From the NCBI GenBank assembly GCA_963746845.1, contig CAVVCZ010000001.1, forward strand, positions 128,001-192,000: a stretch of 64,000 bases of DNA, given 5' to 3'. Numbering within the stretch: the stretch's first letter is position 1; each line of letters opens with the position of its first letter. Shown here piece by piece: positions 44,487 to 57,704 of this stretch. Origin of the DNA: an uncultured Chloroflexia bacterium (GTDB taxonomy: Bacteria > Chloroflexota > Limnocylindria > Limnocylindrales > CSP1-4). The notes beneath the pieces are model-generated. The model did not search any database, was not told the origin of the DNA, and was given only the letters and a program-made list of their open reading frames with translations. Made by a program: the position numbers and the translations under genes.

Positions 44487-47051
44487 GTGACCGACGACCT
44501 GGGCGAGATCCGCGCGATCCGCATCGAGGACGAGATGCGGACGAGCTACCTCGATTACGCGATGAGCGTGATCGTGTCGCGCGCCCTGCCTGATGTCCGT
44601 GACGGGCTGAAGCCGGTCCACCGCCGGATCCTCTACACGATGGGCGAGATGGGGCTCAGCGCCACGAGCTCCTTCCGCAAGTGCGCCGCGATCGTCGGCG
44701 AGGTGATGGGCAAGTACCACCCGCACGGCGACGTCGCCCTGTACGACGCCCTCGTCCGGCTCGCCCAGGACTTCTCGATGCGCTACCCGCTCGTCGATGG
44801 CCAGGGCAACTTCGGCTCCGTGGACGGCGACTCCGCGGCCGCGATGCGCTACACCGAGGCGCGCCTCACCGCGATCGCCGCCGAGATGCTCGACGACATC
44901 GACAAGGAGACGGTCGACTTCGAGGACAACTACGACGGAACGCAGAAGCAGCCGACGGTCCTGCCGGCGAGACTCCCGAACCTCCTCGTCAACGGCAGCA
45001 GCGGGATCGCGGTCGGCATGGCGACGAACATCCCGCCGCACCATCTCGGCGAGGTGTGCGACGCGACCGTCGCGCTGATCGACGATCCCGCCATCACCTC
45101 GGACGACCTCTCGAAGTTCGTCCTCGGGCCGGACTTCCCGACCGGCGGCACGATCTATCGCTACGAGGTCCAGCGGAACCCGCTGACCGGCGAGAACGAG
45201 ACGGTCGACGCGATCCGCCAGATGTACGCCCACGGCCGCGGCCGGGTCGTGATGCGCGCCCAGGTCGCCTTCGAGGAGGTCCACGGCGAGCGGATGGCGA
45301 TCATCGTCACCGAGCTGCCGTACCAGGTGAACAAGGCCGCGCTCCTCGAGAAGATCGCCGAGCTCGTGAAGGACAAGCGGATCGAGGGGATCGCGGACCT
45401 GCGCGACGAGTCCGATCGCGACGGGATGCGCATCTACATCGAGATCAAGCGCGACGCGAACCCCCACAAGGTGCTGAACAACCTGTTCAAGCACACCCCG
45501 ATGCAGCTCGCGTTCAACATGAACATGCTCGCGCTCGTCGACGGCCAGCCCCAGACGCTGCCGCTCAAGAGCGTCCTCCAGCACTGGGTCGACCACCGCC
45601 GCGAGATCGTCCGCCGCCGGACGGAATACGACCTCGGCAAGGCGCGCGCCCGGGCCCACATCCTCGAGGGCCTGAAGATCGCCCTCGACAACCTCGACGC
45701 GGTGATCAAGACGATCCGCGAGTCGCGCGAGGTCGAGGACGCCCGCGCGAACCTGATGAAGCGGTTCGACCTGTCCGAGCTGCAGGCGAACGCGATCCTC
45801 GACATGCGCCTGGCCCGTCTCGCGGCGCTCGAGCGGCAGAAGATCGAGGACGAGTACCTCAGCATCATCCAGCTGATCGCGGAGCTCGAGGACATCCTCG
45901 CGAACCCCACCCGCGTGCTCGGGATCATCAAGGACGAGCTCGCGGAGCTGAAGAAGAAGCACGCCGGTGAGCGCCGGACCCGCGTCGCCGACGACTCCAG
46001 CCGGGAGATGACCGACGAGGACCTGATCGCCGACGAGGATGTGGTCGTCACGATCAGCGGCCGCGGCTACATCAAGCGCCAGCCCGTCGCCACGTACCGC
46101 CGTCAGCATCGCGGCGGCAAGGGGATCATCGGCCACGTCACCCGCGAGGAGGACGCGGTCGAGCACCTGATCGTCGCGAACACCCACGACTGGGCGCTGT
46201 TCTTCACGAACCGCGGCCGGGTGTTCTCGGCGAAGGTCCACTCCATCGTCGACGCGAGCCGCCAGGCGAAGGGCACGCCGATCATCAACCTGCCGGGCGT
46301 CCAGGTGGAGGCCGGCGAGGTCCCGATGGCGACCATCGTGCTGCCGAACTTCGAGCCGGGGCACTTCCTCGTCATGGCGACGCGCAAGGGGATCATCAAG
46401 AAGACGCCGCTCGAGCTGTTCGAGCGCGTCCGCTCGACCGGGATCCTGGCGATCACGATCAACGACAACGACGAGCTCGCCTGGGTCGACGTGTCCAGCG
46501 GCTCGGACGACGTGATCATCGCGACGGCCGAGGGCATGCTCGCCCGGTTCTCCGAGGAGGAGGTCCGCCCGATGGGCCGGGTCGCGGCCGGCGTGATCGG
46601 CATCCGGCTCCTGAAGAAGGAGGGCGACAGCGTCGTCGCGATGAGCGTCGTCGACCCCGAGGCCGACCTGCTCGTCCTCACCGAGACCGGCTACGGCAAG
46701 CGGGTGGCGCTGACCGAGTTCAGGCGTAAGCACCGCGGCGGGCAGGGCGTGCGGCTCATCGCGCTCGAGGGCAAGAAGACCGGCATCGTCGCGGCCGTCC
46801 AGCAGGTCACAGAGGAGGACGAGGAGCTCCTCCTGATCAGCGCCGGCGGTCAGGTCATCCGGACCGAGACGAACTCGATCAACCGCTATTCCTCGGGCGC
46901 TCGCGGCGTCATCGTGATGCGTCTGGCCGAAGGCGACCGGGTCGTGGCGATCGCCGCGTTCCGCGCCGGGCTGGCAGATCGCGATGGCATCGAGGACAAT
47001 GACGCCCCCGAGCCGGACGGCAGCGGCCCGGCCCCGGGTCGCGGCGCCTGA
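44487..47051 (+). CDS. gyrA: DNA gyrase subunit A
   Basis: [31 protein letters not shown], GyrA-box QHRGGKG, beta-pinwheel repeats. Confidence 0.97.
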   Translation: MTDDLGEIRAIRIEDEMRTSYLDYAMSVIVSRALPDVRDGLKPVHRRILYTMGEMGLSATSSFRKCAAIVGEVMGKYHPHGDVALYDALVRLAQDFSMRYPLVDGQGNFGSVDGDSAAAMRYTEARLTAIAAEMLDDIDKETVDFEDNYDGTQKQPTVLPARLPNLLVNGSSGIAVGMATNIPPHHLGEVCDATVALIDDPAITSDDLSKFVLGPDFPTGGTIYRYEVQRNPLTGENETVDAIRQMYAHGRGRVVMRAQVAFEEVHGERMAIIVTELPYQVNKAALLEKIAELVKDKRIEGIADLRDESDRDGMRIYIEIKRDANPHKVLNNLFKHTPMQLAFNMNMLALVDGQPQTLPLKSVLQHWVDHRREIVRRRTEYDLGKARARAHILEGLKIALDNLDAVIKTIRESREVEDARANLMKRFDLSELQANAILDMRLARLAALERQKIEDEYLSIIQLIAELEDILANPTRVLGIIKDELAELKKKHAGERRTRVADDSSREMTDEDLIADEDVVVTISGRGYIKRQPVATYRRQHRGGKGIIGHVTREEDAVEHLIVANTHDWALFFTNRGRVFSAKVHSIVDASRQAKGTPIINLPGVQVEAGEVPMATIVLPNFEPGHFLVMATRKGIIKKTPLELFERVRSTGILAITINDNDELAWVDVSSGSDDVIIATAEGMLARFSEEEVRPMGRVAAGVIGIRLLKKEGDSVVAMSVVDPEADLLVLTETGYGKRVALTEFRRKHRGGQGVRLIALEGKKTGIVAAVQQVTEEDEELLLISAGGQVIRTETNSINRYSSGARGVIVMRLAEGDRVVAIAAFRAGLADRDGIEDNDAPEPDGSGPAPGRGA

Positions 47052-47086
47052 CGGCGATGCGATCGGTTCTCGGTCGGGAGGACGCC

Positions 47087-48220
47087 GTGTACGCGGATCA
47101 GTTCGAGATCTACCACGGCAACGCGAACCCGGATCTCGCCCGGAAGATCGCCCGCTGGCTCGGAACGGAGTGCGGCAAGGCCGAGGTCTTCCAGTTCGCG
47201 AACGAGAACATCTTCGTCAAGATCCTCGACAACGTCCGCGAGAAGGACATCTTCCTCGTCCAGCCGACGAGCCATCCCGTCAACCAGTCGATCATGGAAT
47301 TGCTGATCATGATCGACGCGTTCAAGCGGGCGAGCGCGGGCCGGATCACGGCCGTCATCCCGTTCTACGCGTACGGCCGCTCGGACAAGAAGGACCAGCC
47401 GCGGGTCCCGATCACCGCCCGCCTGATCGCCGACATGATCACGGTCGCCGGGGCGGACCGGGTCCTGACGATGGACCTCCACCAGGGCCAGATCCAGGGC
47501 TTCTTCAACATCCCGGTCGACGAGCTGACGGCCGTCCACCTCCTGTCGAACTACTTCATCCACAAGCACCTCGAGGATGTCGTCGTCGTGACCGACCTCG
47601 GGTTCGCGAAGCGGGCCCGCACGTTCGCCGAGCTCCTCGACGCCCCGCTGGCGATCATCGAGAAGCGGCGGATCGGGAACCTCGACCGGGCGGAGCTGAT
47701 GAACGTCATCGGCGAGGTCCAGGGCAAGCGGGCGATCATCGTCGACGACGAGATCGACACCGCCGGCACGCTGACCGAGATCGTCCGGGCGCTGGAGCGT
47801 GAGGGCGTGACCGAGATCTACGCGTGCGCCACGCACGGCGTCCTGAGCGACCCGGCGGTCGACCGGCTCCGGGACTCGAATCTGCGCGAGGTGGTGCTCA
47901 CGGACTCCGTGCCACTGCCCGCCGTCAAGCGCCTCTCCAAGATCACGACGCTGTCCGTGGCGCCGCTCATCGGCGAGGCGATCAAGCGGATCCACCGTGG
48001 CGAGTCCGTCGGCGCGCTGTTCAGCAGCGAGGTCTCGTTCACCCAGGAGATGCTCCTGTGGGAGGATGGCCAGCAACGGCGGATGGACACCCGCCAGGAG
48101 CCCGGCCACGAGGCCGAGGGCGGTCATGACCGCGGAGCCGACGGCGAACCGGACGGCGGCTCCGACGATGCGGAGGACGACCCAGTCCTCCTGAGCGCGA
48201 CACGACAGGGAGATCGATGA
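47087..48220 (+). CDS. prs: Ribose-phosphate pyrophosphokinase
   Basis: F...N..V.I..NVR, YAY.R.D.K..PR.PI.A.L.A, DLH..QIQGFF.IP.D, IVDDEIDTAGT; GTG with GGAGG SD (alternative ATG 47057). Confidence 0.95.
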   Translation: MYADQFEIYHGNANPDLARKIARWLGTECGKAEVFQFANENIFVKILDNVREKDIFLVQPTSHPVNQSIMELLIMIDAFKRASAGRITAVIPFYAYGRSDKKDQPRVPITARLIADMITVAGADRVLTMDLHQGQIQGFFNIPVDELTAVHLLSNYFIHKHLEDVVVVTDLGFAKRARTFAELLDAPLAIIEKRRIGNLDRAELMNVIGEVQGKRAIIVDDEIDTAGTLTEIVRALEREGVTEIYACATHGVLSDPAVDRLRDSNLREVVLTDSVPLPAVKRLSKITTLSVAPLIGEAIKRIHRGESVGALFSSEVSFTQEMLLWEDGQQRRMDTRQEPGHEAEGGHDRGADGEPDGGSDDAEDDPVLLSATRQGDR

Positions 48221-48477
48221 GCCTCCAGCTCCACCGACCGGACGGCCGGGGCGGCGTCGAGCCGCGACCAGTCGGCGAGCCGAACTGGCGCGGTCAGCTC
48301 CAGTCGAAGCGCTGGGGGATGAACCGGCGCGACGGCCGGTTGCCCGACCTCAAGAACCCGGAGATGAACCCGACCTCGACGCCGATGGCGGTCCTGTTCT
48401 GGATCGGGCTCGGCGTCCTGACGTTCCTCCTGCTCGTCGCCGGCTACGGGACCGGGTTCTGGAAGTTCGCGGCCTGA
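48217..48477 (+). CDS. Small hypothetical protein with C-terminal TM helix
   Basis: ATGA overlap with prs stop, GGGAG SD, GC-rich third positions, single hydrophobic segment. Confidence 0.65.
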   Translation: MSLQLHRPDGRGGVEPRPVGEPNWRGQLQSKRWGMNRRDGRLPDLKNPEMNPTSTPMAVLFWIGLGVLTFLLLVAGYGTGFWKFAA

Positions 48478-48559
48478 CGGTCCGTCGACCGGGGGGCCAC
48501 GTCGCAGGCCATCACCGACCTCTCAGAAACGACTCACGCCGGCCGCGAACCATCGGCCG

Positions 48560-49348
48560 ATGAGCTCCCGAACTGCCCTCCTCGGTGGCGTCGCCGTTGC
48601 CCTGCTCCTGATCGGTGGCGGCGCCTTTGCCTATGTCACGTTCCTGCAGGGCGACAACGTCGCGCCGCTCTCGCTGTCCAGCCCCGCTCCCGCCGCCTCG
48701 ACGCCGACGACCGGCAACGCGTCCACGGGCACCGGCTCGACCGACGCCACGTCGAGCGCCGGCACGAGCCTCGCCCCGTCCTCCGCGGCCCCGATCGACG
48801 CGGCGAGCATCCCCGGCACCTGGACGATCTCGGCCGATTCGATCGTCGGCTACCGCGTCCGCGAGCGCCTCGCCAGCCTGTCCGCCGACAGCGACGCCGT
48901 CGGCCGCACGAACGGGATCACGGGCACGGCGGCGATCGCGGCCAGCGGGGGCGCCCTGAGCGTGACCGACGCCAGCTTCTCGGTCGACATGACGTCGCTC
49001 GCGAGCGACAAGCAGATGCGCGACAACCGGCTCCGGAACGACGGGATCCAGACCGACAGGTTCCCGACCTCGACGTTCAAGCTGACCCAGCCGGTGGCCC
49101 TGCCGGCCACGGCCACCACCGGGGCGGTCGTCGACGTCACGCTCCACGGCGACCTGACGCTCCACGGGGTCACGAAGACCGTCGACATCCCGGCCCAGGC
49201 CCGGGTCAGCGGGAACGTCATCCAGGTCGCCGGCTCGCTGACCTTCCCGTTCAGCGACTACGACATCAACCCACCGAACATCGGCGGCTTCGTCTCGGTC
49301 GGCGACTCGGGAACGCTCGAATTCCAGGTCAACCTGACCAAGAGCTGA
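48560..49348 (+). CDS. YceI-family lipid/polyisoprenoid-binding protein
   Basis: N-terminal TM, W.I...S..GY.V.E, L.SD...RD, GDLTLHGVTK. Confidence 0.9.
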   Translation: MSSRTALLGGVAVALLLIGGGAFAYVTFLQGDNVAPLSLSSPAPAASTPTTGNASTGTGSTDATSSAGTSLAPSSAAPIDAASIPGTWTISADSIVGYRVRERLASLSADSDAVGRTNGITGTAAIAASGGALSVTDASFSVDMTSLASDKQMRDNRLRNDGIQTDRFPTSTFKLTQPVALPATATTGAVVDVTLHGDLTLHGVTKTVDIPAQARVSGNVIQVAGSLTFPFSDYDINPPNIGGFVSVGDSGTLEFQVNLTKS

Positions 49349-49397
49349 GGGGCCCTCGGCCGGGGATCGCCGGGACTCACCCTATACTTCGGCCGCT

Positions 49398-52391
<2,994 letters not shown>

Positions 52392-52490
52392 CCAAGCACT
52401 CCGATCCTCTCCGTCCACCCGGCTGATGCTCGTCCTCCACCCCCGCCGCCGCACGCGCCGCGTCGCCCGGGCGGGTCGCAGCTCACGCGC

Positions 52491-53087
52491 GTGAGGCGCG
52501 CCATCGGTGTCGTGGTCGTCGGAGCGATCATCGGCGCGGTCGTCGTCGTCGCATGGACGACGTGGCGGATCTGGGACGTGGGCAGCCACGACGACCGACG
52601 GCCCGTCGACGCGATCGTCGTCCTCGGCGCGGCCCAGTACAACGGCCGGCCGTCGGCGATCCTCAAGGCGCGCCTCGACCATGGGATCGACCTGTACCGG
52701 GCGGGCCTGGCCCCGTACCTCGTCGTGACCGGCGGGAAGGCCGAGGGCGATCGTACGACCGAGGCCGCCTCCGCCCGGACATACGCCCTCTCGAAGGGCG
52801 TCCCGGACCGGGCGATCCTCGTCGAGGACAAGGGCCGGACGACCCTCGAGTCGCTGCGCGGCGTGGCGGAGATCCTGCGCGACCACCGCCTCGACACGGC
52901 CCTGTTCGTCTCGGACCGGACGCACATGCTCCGCGTCCTGCGGATCGCGAGGGATGAGGGCATCGCGTCGTTCGGGTCACCGACGACGTCGAGTCCGTCC
53001 GACGCGAGCCTCGAGAACCGGGTCGAGGCCACGGTCCACGAGCTCGGCGGGCTCACGCTCTACTTCGTGGCCGGGCAGACCCTGTAG
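52491..53087 (+). CDS. YdcF/DUF218-family protein
   Basis: DAIVVLGAA, RL..G..LY, TGG, EA......Y, E.....T..S, SD..H..R, E..G. Confidence 0.9.
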   Translation: MRRAIGVVVVGAIIGAVVVVAWTTWRIWDVGSHDDRRPVDAIVVLGAAQYNGRPSAILKARLDHGIDLYRAGLAPYLVVTGGKAEGDRTTEAASARTYALSKGVPDRAILVEDKGRTTLESLRGVAEILRDHRLDTALFVSDRTHMLRVLRIARDEGIASFGSPTTSSPSDASLENRVEATVHELGGLTLYFVAGQTL

Positions 53088-53177
53088 TCCCAGGCGCCAC
53101 AGCCGGAACTGCGTTCGAGGCCCGCGAGCGAGCAGCGCAGCCGGCAACGCAGTCCAGGGTCGTCCAGGCGCGACAGC
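53088..53177. repeat. Second, internally deleted copy of the 4038-4230 repeat element
   Basis: GAGCGAGCAGCGCAGCCGGCAACGCAGTCCAG identical to 4159-4190; ACTGCGTTCG shared with 4085-4094; flanks similar. Confidence 0.7.
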
Positions 53178-53180
53178 TGA

Positions 53181-53238
53181 GATTCTTGGCAAGAATCGTG
53201 TTCTCCCCCTTGGCCGTATGAGTTCTGCGTGCGATACT
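53181..53238 (+). promoter_or_regulatory. Palindromic operator-like site plus sigma70-type promoter
   Basis: GATTCTTG-G-CAAGAATC (53181-53197); TTGGCC(53210)-N17-GATACT(53233) with extended TG. Confidence 0.5.
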
Positions 53239-53330
53239 GCGGCGAATTCGCGGGCTCGGGTCGGAGGGACCTCACGAGCCGCTCGCGTGCCGCGCCCCAA
53301 TCCTGCCCCAGCACGAGAGTGAGGGTTGAG

Positions 53331-53555
53331 TTGAAGCAGGCCGAGGAAGCGTCGTTCGTCGATCTCATCGCCTGTGAGCGTGACTGCCGATCGTGCAGTT
53401 ACGCAGCGGCGCTCGACTGTGACGGCAACTGCGGTGTCTGTCCCCACAACTCCTACTGTCCCTGCGTGAACCCCGTCGTCGCCCGGAGCAAGTCCGCCCT
53501 GCGGCTGATCGAGCTCCGCCCGATCCTCCTGCAGGACCTCCAGACCCGGAACTAG
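53331..53555 (+). CDS. Small Cys-rich hypothetical protein (two CxxxCxxC + CxC)
   Basis: TTG after GAGGG; MKQAEEASFVDLIACERDCRSCSYAAALDCDGNCGVCPHNSYCPCVNP...QTRN*; TAG overlaps prfB GTG. Confidence 0.65.
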   Translation: MKQAEEASFVDLIACERDCRSCSYAAALDCDGNCGVCPHNSYCPCVNPVVARSKSALRLIELRPILLQDLQTRN

Positions 53556-54701
53556 TGGACGCGTCCACGGTTCGAGACCTGGCGGATCGGATCCGGTCGA
53601 CCTCGGGGCGTCTTTGACCTCGGGACGAAGGAGCGGCGCGTCGCCCAGCTCGACGCCCTGACGCAGGAGCCCGGCTTCTGGGACGACCAGCGGTCCGCCC
53701 AGAGGATTCTCCGCGAGGCGGACGGCCTCCGATCCGAGATCGAGCTGTGGCGCGGCTTCGAGAGCCGCGTCGACGACCTCCTCACGACACTCGAGCTCGT
53801 CGAGGAGTCGGCCGACCCGGAGCTGTCCGCCGAGCTCGACAGCACCGCCGCCGCGCTGGAGCGCGACTTCGCGCGCGAGCAGACGGCCCTTCTCTTCTCG
53901 GGTGAGTACGACCAGGGCGGCGCGATTCTCTCGATCAGCGCCGGCGCAGGTGGCACGGAGGCGACCGACTGGGCGGAGATGCTCCTCCGGATGTACCTGC
54001 GCTGGGCCGAGCGCCACCGGTTCAAGACCGAGATCGTCGACCAGCAGGAAGGTGAGCAGGCGGGGATCAAGAGCGCGACCGTCGAGGTCGACGGCCGCTC
54101 GGCGTATGGCTGGCTGCGGGCGGAGCGCGGCGTCCACCGGCTCGTGCGGATCAGCCCGTTCGATTCGCAGAAGCGTCGCCAGACGACGTTCGCCCTCGTC
54201 GAGGTCCTGCCCGAGGTCGGCGACGACATCGAGATCGAGCTGAACTGGGACGAGATCCGGGTCGACACGTTCCGCTCCCAGGGCGCCGGCGGCCAGCACG
54301 TGAACAAGACGGACTCGGCCGTCCGGCTGACCCATCTCCCGACCGGGATCGTCGCCCAGAGCCAGAACGAGCGGAGCCAGACCCAGAACAAGGAGCTGGC
54401 GATCCGCGTCCTCAAGGCCCGTCTGCTGGAGCGCGCGCTCGAGGAGCAGGAGGCCGAAGTCCGGAAGCTGAAGGGCGAGCACGTCGAGGCGGGCTGGGGC
54501 AACCAGATCCGGAGCTACGTGCTCCACCCCTACCAGATGGTCAAGGACCTGCGGACGAACCACGAGACCGGCAACACCCAGGCCGTCCTCGACGGCGACC
54601 TGGACGAGTTCATGCGGGCCGAGCTCGAACGGCTCGCGACCGGGGGTGCGTCGGCCCGCGGCGACGCGGTCGAGGACGGGGAAGCCGTCGGCGCCGGGTG
54701 A
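53555..54701 (+). CDS. prfB: Peptide chain release factor 2, programmed +1 frameshift at CTT-TGA-C (53612-53618)
   Basis: 20 codons to CTT TGA with GGGG just upstream; +1 frame gives DLGTK...PGFWDD, GAGGTEA.DW, SPF, GAGGQ, WG.QIRSYV.HPY. Confidence 0.96.
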
Positions 54702-55672
54702 CCGTCGCGAGGGGGACCGGCTCGGGCGACGCCACGGCCGGGAGCGAGCACGTCCTCCGCCCGGCCGGGGCCGACGAGCTCGGGACGTGCGCGGGGATCT
54801 GGCGCGATGCCCTGAACGACTACCTGGGCCGGCTCGGCCAGCCGGACATCCCCGACGATCTCGCGCCGATCCTCCGCCTGTACGCGCACCTCCGGACGAC
54901 GGACCCCGCGACATTCGTCGTCGCCGAGCGCGGTGGCCGGATCGACGGGTTCGCGGTCGCGCTCCGGCGCGACGACCTGTGGTTCCTCTCGATGCTGTTC
55001 GTGCGGCCCGGCGCCCAGGCGCGGGGTCTCGGCCGCGCGCTGCTCGCGGCGGTGTCGCCGGCGGAGGGCTGGTCGGGTGTCCGGGCGACCGCGACGGACA
55101 GCGCCCAGCCGATCTCGAACGGACTGTACGGGTCGCTCGGGATGGTGCCGAGGGTCCCGCTCCTCCGCCTCGTCGGGCTGCCCGAGCGCCCGGACGCGCT
55201 CGAGCCGCTCCCCGACGGTGTCGAGGCCGTGCCGTTCGCCGAGGTCGACGACGGCAGCGCCGGCCTGGAGCGCGCGGCCCTCGAGGCGGAGCTGTCGGCC
55301 CTGGATCGCGAGATCGCCGGCTTCGACCGGGCGGTCGACCGACCGCTGCTCCAGCTGGAGGGGCGGATCGGGTTCCTCTACCGCGATCGCTCCGGCGACC
55401 CGGTCGGGTACGGCTACGCTGCGGAGTCCGGGCGGGTCGGGCCGGTCGCCGTCCGCGACGAGTCCCTGCTCGGGCCGGTCGTCGGGCATCTCGTCCGGGC
55501 CGTCCGGCCGCGCGGCGCGTTCGGGATCTGGGTCCCGGGCTCGGCGGGCCGTGCCGTCGTCCCGCTGCTCCGGGCGGGCTTCCGGTTCGACGGGTTCCCC
55601 GTGCTGCTGTGCTGGGATCGCCCGTTCGCCGACTTCAGCCGCTACCTGCCGATGTCGCCGGGGCTGCTGTAG
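54698..55672 (+). CDS. Tandem GNAT-family N-acetyltransferase
   Basis: LFV.P..Q.RGLGR.LL, LY..LG, second domain G.VGPVA; GTGA overlap with prfB. Confidence 0.85.
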   Translation: MTVARGTGSGDATAGSEHVLRPAGADELGTCAGIWRDALNDYLGRLGQPDIPDDLAPILRLYAHLRTTDPATFVVAERGGRIDGFAVALRRDDLWFLSMLFVRPGAQARGLGRALLAAVSPAEGWSGVRATATDSAQPISNGLYGSLGMVPRVPLLRLVGLPERPDALEPLPDGVEAVPFAEVDDGSAGLERAALEAELSALDREIAGFDRAVDRPLLQLEGRIGFLYRDRSGDPVGYGYAAESGRVGPVAVRDESLLGPVVGHLVRAVRPRGAFGIWVPGSAGRAVVPLLRAGFRFDGFPVLLCWDRPFADFSRYLPMSPGLL

Positions 55673-55872
55673 CCCGCGTGCCGCGGCTCGGCCGCGCGGC
55701 CCGCGTCGACGGGGCGGCCATGCGGTGCCGGTACCTTTGGTGTGGTTGGCGGGGGTCCGGAGCCGGTGATAGCCTCTCGGGCAGATGAGGCTCCTCCAGT
55801 CGTGCCCGCGGACGGAGCAGCGGTGACCGAACCCGTCGCCGTCAGCCGATCGACCCGTCCCTGGAGCCGCGC

Positions 55873-56655
55873 GTGACTCTCGCCTCGACCAAGACCGCCA
55901 CGCCGTCCCGATCCGTCCGCGAGCGCCTGCTCGGGCGCGGTCGCGACCACGTCGCCGCCGATCGCGCGGTCCTCGTCCTGCAGGAGGTCACGAAGACCTA
56001 TCCGAACGGAAAGACGGCGCTGCGCGAGGTCGACCTCGTGATCCCCGAGGGGGACTTCGTCTTCCTCGTCGGTCCGTCCGGGGCGGGGAAGTCGACCTTG
56101 ATCAAGCTGCTGATCCGCGACGAGGTCGCGACCCAGGGCCAGGTGGTCCTCGACGGCTCCGACCTTGCCCGGCTCCCGCGGCGGGCCGTGCCGAAGGTGC
56201 GCCGGAAGATCGGGATCGTGTTCCAGGACTTCAAGCTCCTGCCGACGAAGAGCGTCTGGGAGAACGTGGCGTTCGCGCTCGAGGTGACCGGCACGCCCCG
56301 CCGGAAGATCCGGCCGGCGGTCGACCGCGTCCTCGCCCTCGTCGGGCTGACGGCCCAGCGCGACCAGCTCCCGAGCACGCTGTCGGGCGGCGAGCAGCAG
56401 CGGACCGCGATCGCGCGCGCCCTCGTCCACGACCCGCGGCTGATCATCGCGGACGAGCCGACCGGCAACCTCGACCCGCTGATCAGCTGGGAGATCATCC
56501 AGCTCCTGCTGCGGATCAACGAGCTGGGCGTCACGGTGATGATGGCCACCCATGACGCGGACGTCGTCACGGCGCTCCGCAAGCGCGTCGTCGCCCTCGA
56601 AGAGGGCCGGATCATCCGCGACGAGGTCGGTGGCGCCTACCACCGGGCCGACTGA
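55873..56655 (+). CDS. ftsE: Cell division ABC ATPase FtsE
   Basis: GPSGAGKST, RR.IG.VFQDFKLL, LSGGEQQR, ADEPTGNLD, ATH. Confidence 0.93.
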   Translation: MTLASTKTATPSRSVRERLLGRGRDHVAADRAVLVLQEVTKTYPNGKTALREVDLVIPEGDFVFLVGPSGAGKSTLIKLLIRDEVATQGQVVLDGSDLARLPRRAVPKVRRKIGIVFQDFKLLPTKSVWENVAFALEVTGTPRRKIRPAVDRVLALVGLTAQRDQLPSTLSGGEQQRTAIARALVHDPRLIIADEPTGNLDPLISWEIIQLLLRINELGVTVMMATHDADVVTALRKRVVALEEGRIIRDEVGGAYHRAD

Positions 56656-56658
56656 CCG

Positions 56659-57543
56659 ATGATCGGGTTCCTCTTCTTCAGCCTGAGCCGCGCCTGGCAG
56701 GGGTTCTGGCGAAACGCGCTGATGAGCCTCGCCGCCACCGCGACGATGGTCCTGATGCTCATCCTGCTGGCGGGCTTCTGGATCATCCAGACGGGGCTGC
56801 TCTCGGCGCTCGACTTCACCGAGCAGAAGGTCGAGGTCACCGCGAACGTCAAGGTCGACGCGACCGCGGACGACATCGCCGAGCTCCGGCTCCGGATCGA
56901 GGCCCTGCCGCAGGTCACCACCGTGACCTTCGTGAACAAGGACGAAGCCCTGGCCCGGTTCCAGCAGTCGATGAAGGAGCAGGGTCGCGAGGACCTGACG
57001 AAGTACGTCGACTCGAACCCGTTCACGCCGAGCTTCGAGGTCAAGCTGGTCGACCCGGGTCAGGCGGGGGTCGTTGCCGACGCCCTGCGCTCGGACCCCG
57101 CGGTCCGCAACGTGCTCGACACGAAGGAGACCGCGCAGAACGTCAAGACGGTCACCGACATCCTGCGAACCGCGGGCAGCGTGATCCTCCTCGTCATCGG
57201 GGTCATCGTCCTGTTCATCATCGTCAACACGATCCGGCTCGCGGTGGTCGCCCGAGCCGAGGAGATCGAGATCATGCGGCTCGTCGGCGCGTCGGACGCG
57301 TTCATCCGCTGGCCGTTCGTGTTCGAGGGGGCGATGGTCGGCCTCCTCGGGGCCGCGATCACCCTCGGCTGCCTGTACCTCCTGGCCGACCCGATCGGCA
57401 GCTTCATGGTCGACTTCTTCCGGGTCCTGCCCCTGAGCTTCGGATCGCTCGCCCGGGACCTCGTCCTGATCGTGACCGGGGCCGGTCTCGGGCTCGGCGT
57501 CCTGGGCTCGTGGGTGTCCGTGCGGACCTATCTGATCCGGTAG
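56659..57543 (+). CDS. ftsX: Cell division permease FtsX
   Basis: RN..MS.A, NTIRL...AR..EI.IMRLVGA...FIRWPF..EG. Confidence 0.93.
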   Translation: MIGFLFFSLSRAWQGFWRNALMSLAATATMVLMLILLAGFWIIQTGLLSALDFTEQKVEVTANVKVDATADDIAELRLRIEALPQVTTVTFVNKDEALARFQQSMKEQGREDLTKYVDSNPFTPSFEVKLVDPGQAGVVADALRSDPAVRNVLDTKETAQNVKTVTDILRTAGSVILLVIGVIVLFIIVNTIRLAVVARAEEIEIMRLVGASDAFIRWPFVFEGAMVGLLGAAITLGCLYLLADPIGSFMVDFFRVLPLSFGSLARDLVLIVTGAGLGLGVLGSWVSVRTYLIR

Positions 57544-57704
57544 ATCGCGCGCGCCGCGCCTCCGGCGAGCCGCCCTTCGTTCCGTTCCTGTGAAGTTCCG
57601 TTCACGCTCGATCCACGCCCCGTCGGGGCTGCGTAGGATCGTTCAGGGCAGGTGTACCCTTGGCGCCCGCCCGCCAGCCTCAGCAGCGGAGAACCACGTC
57701 CTCG

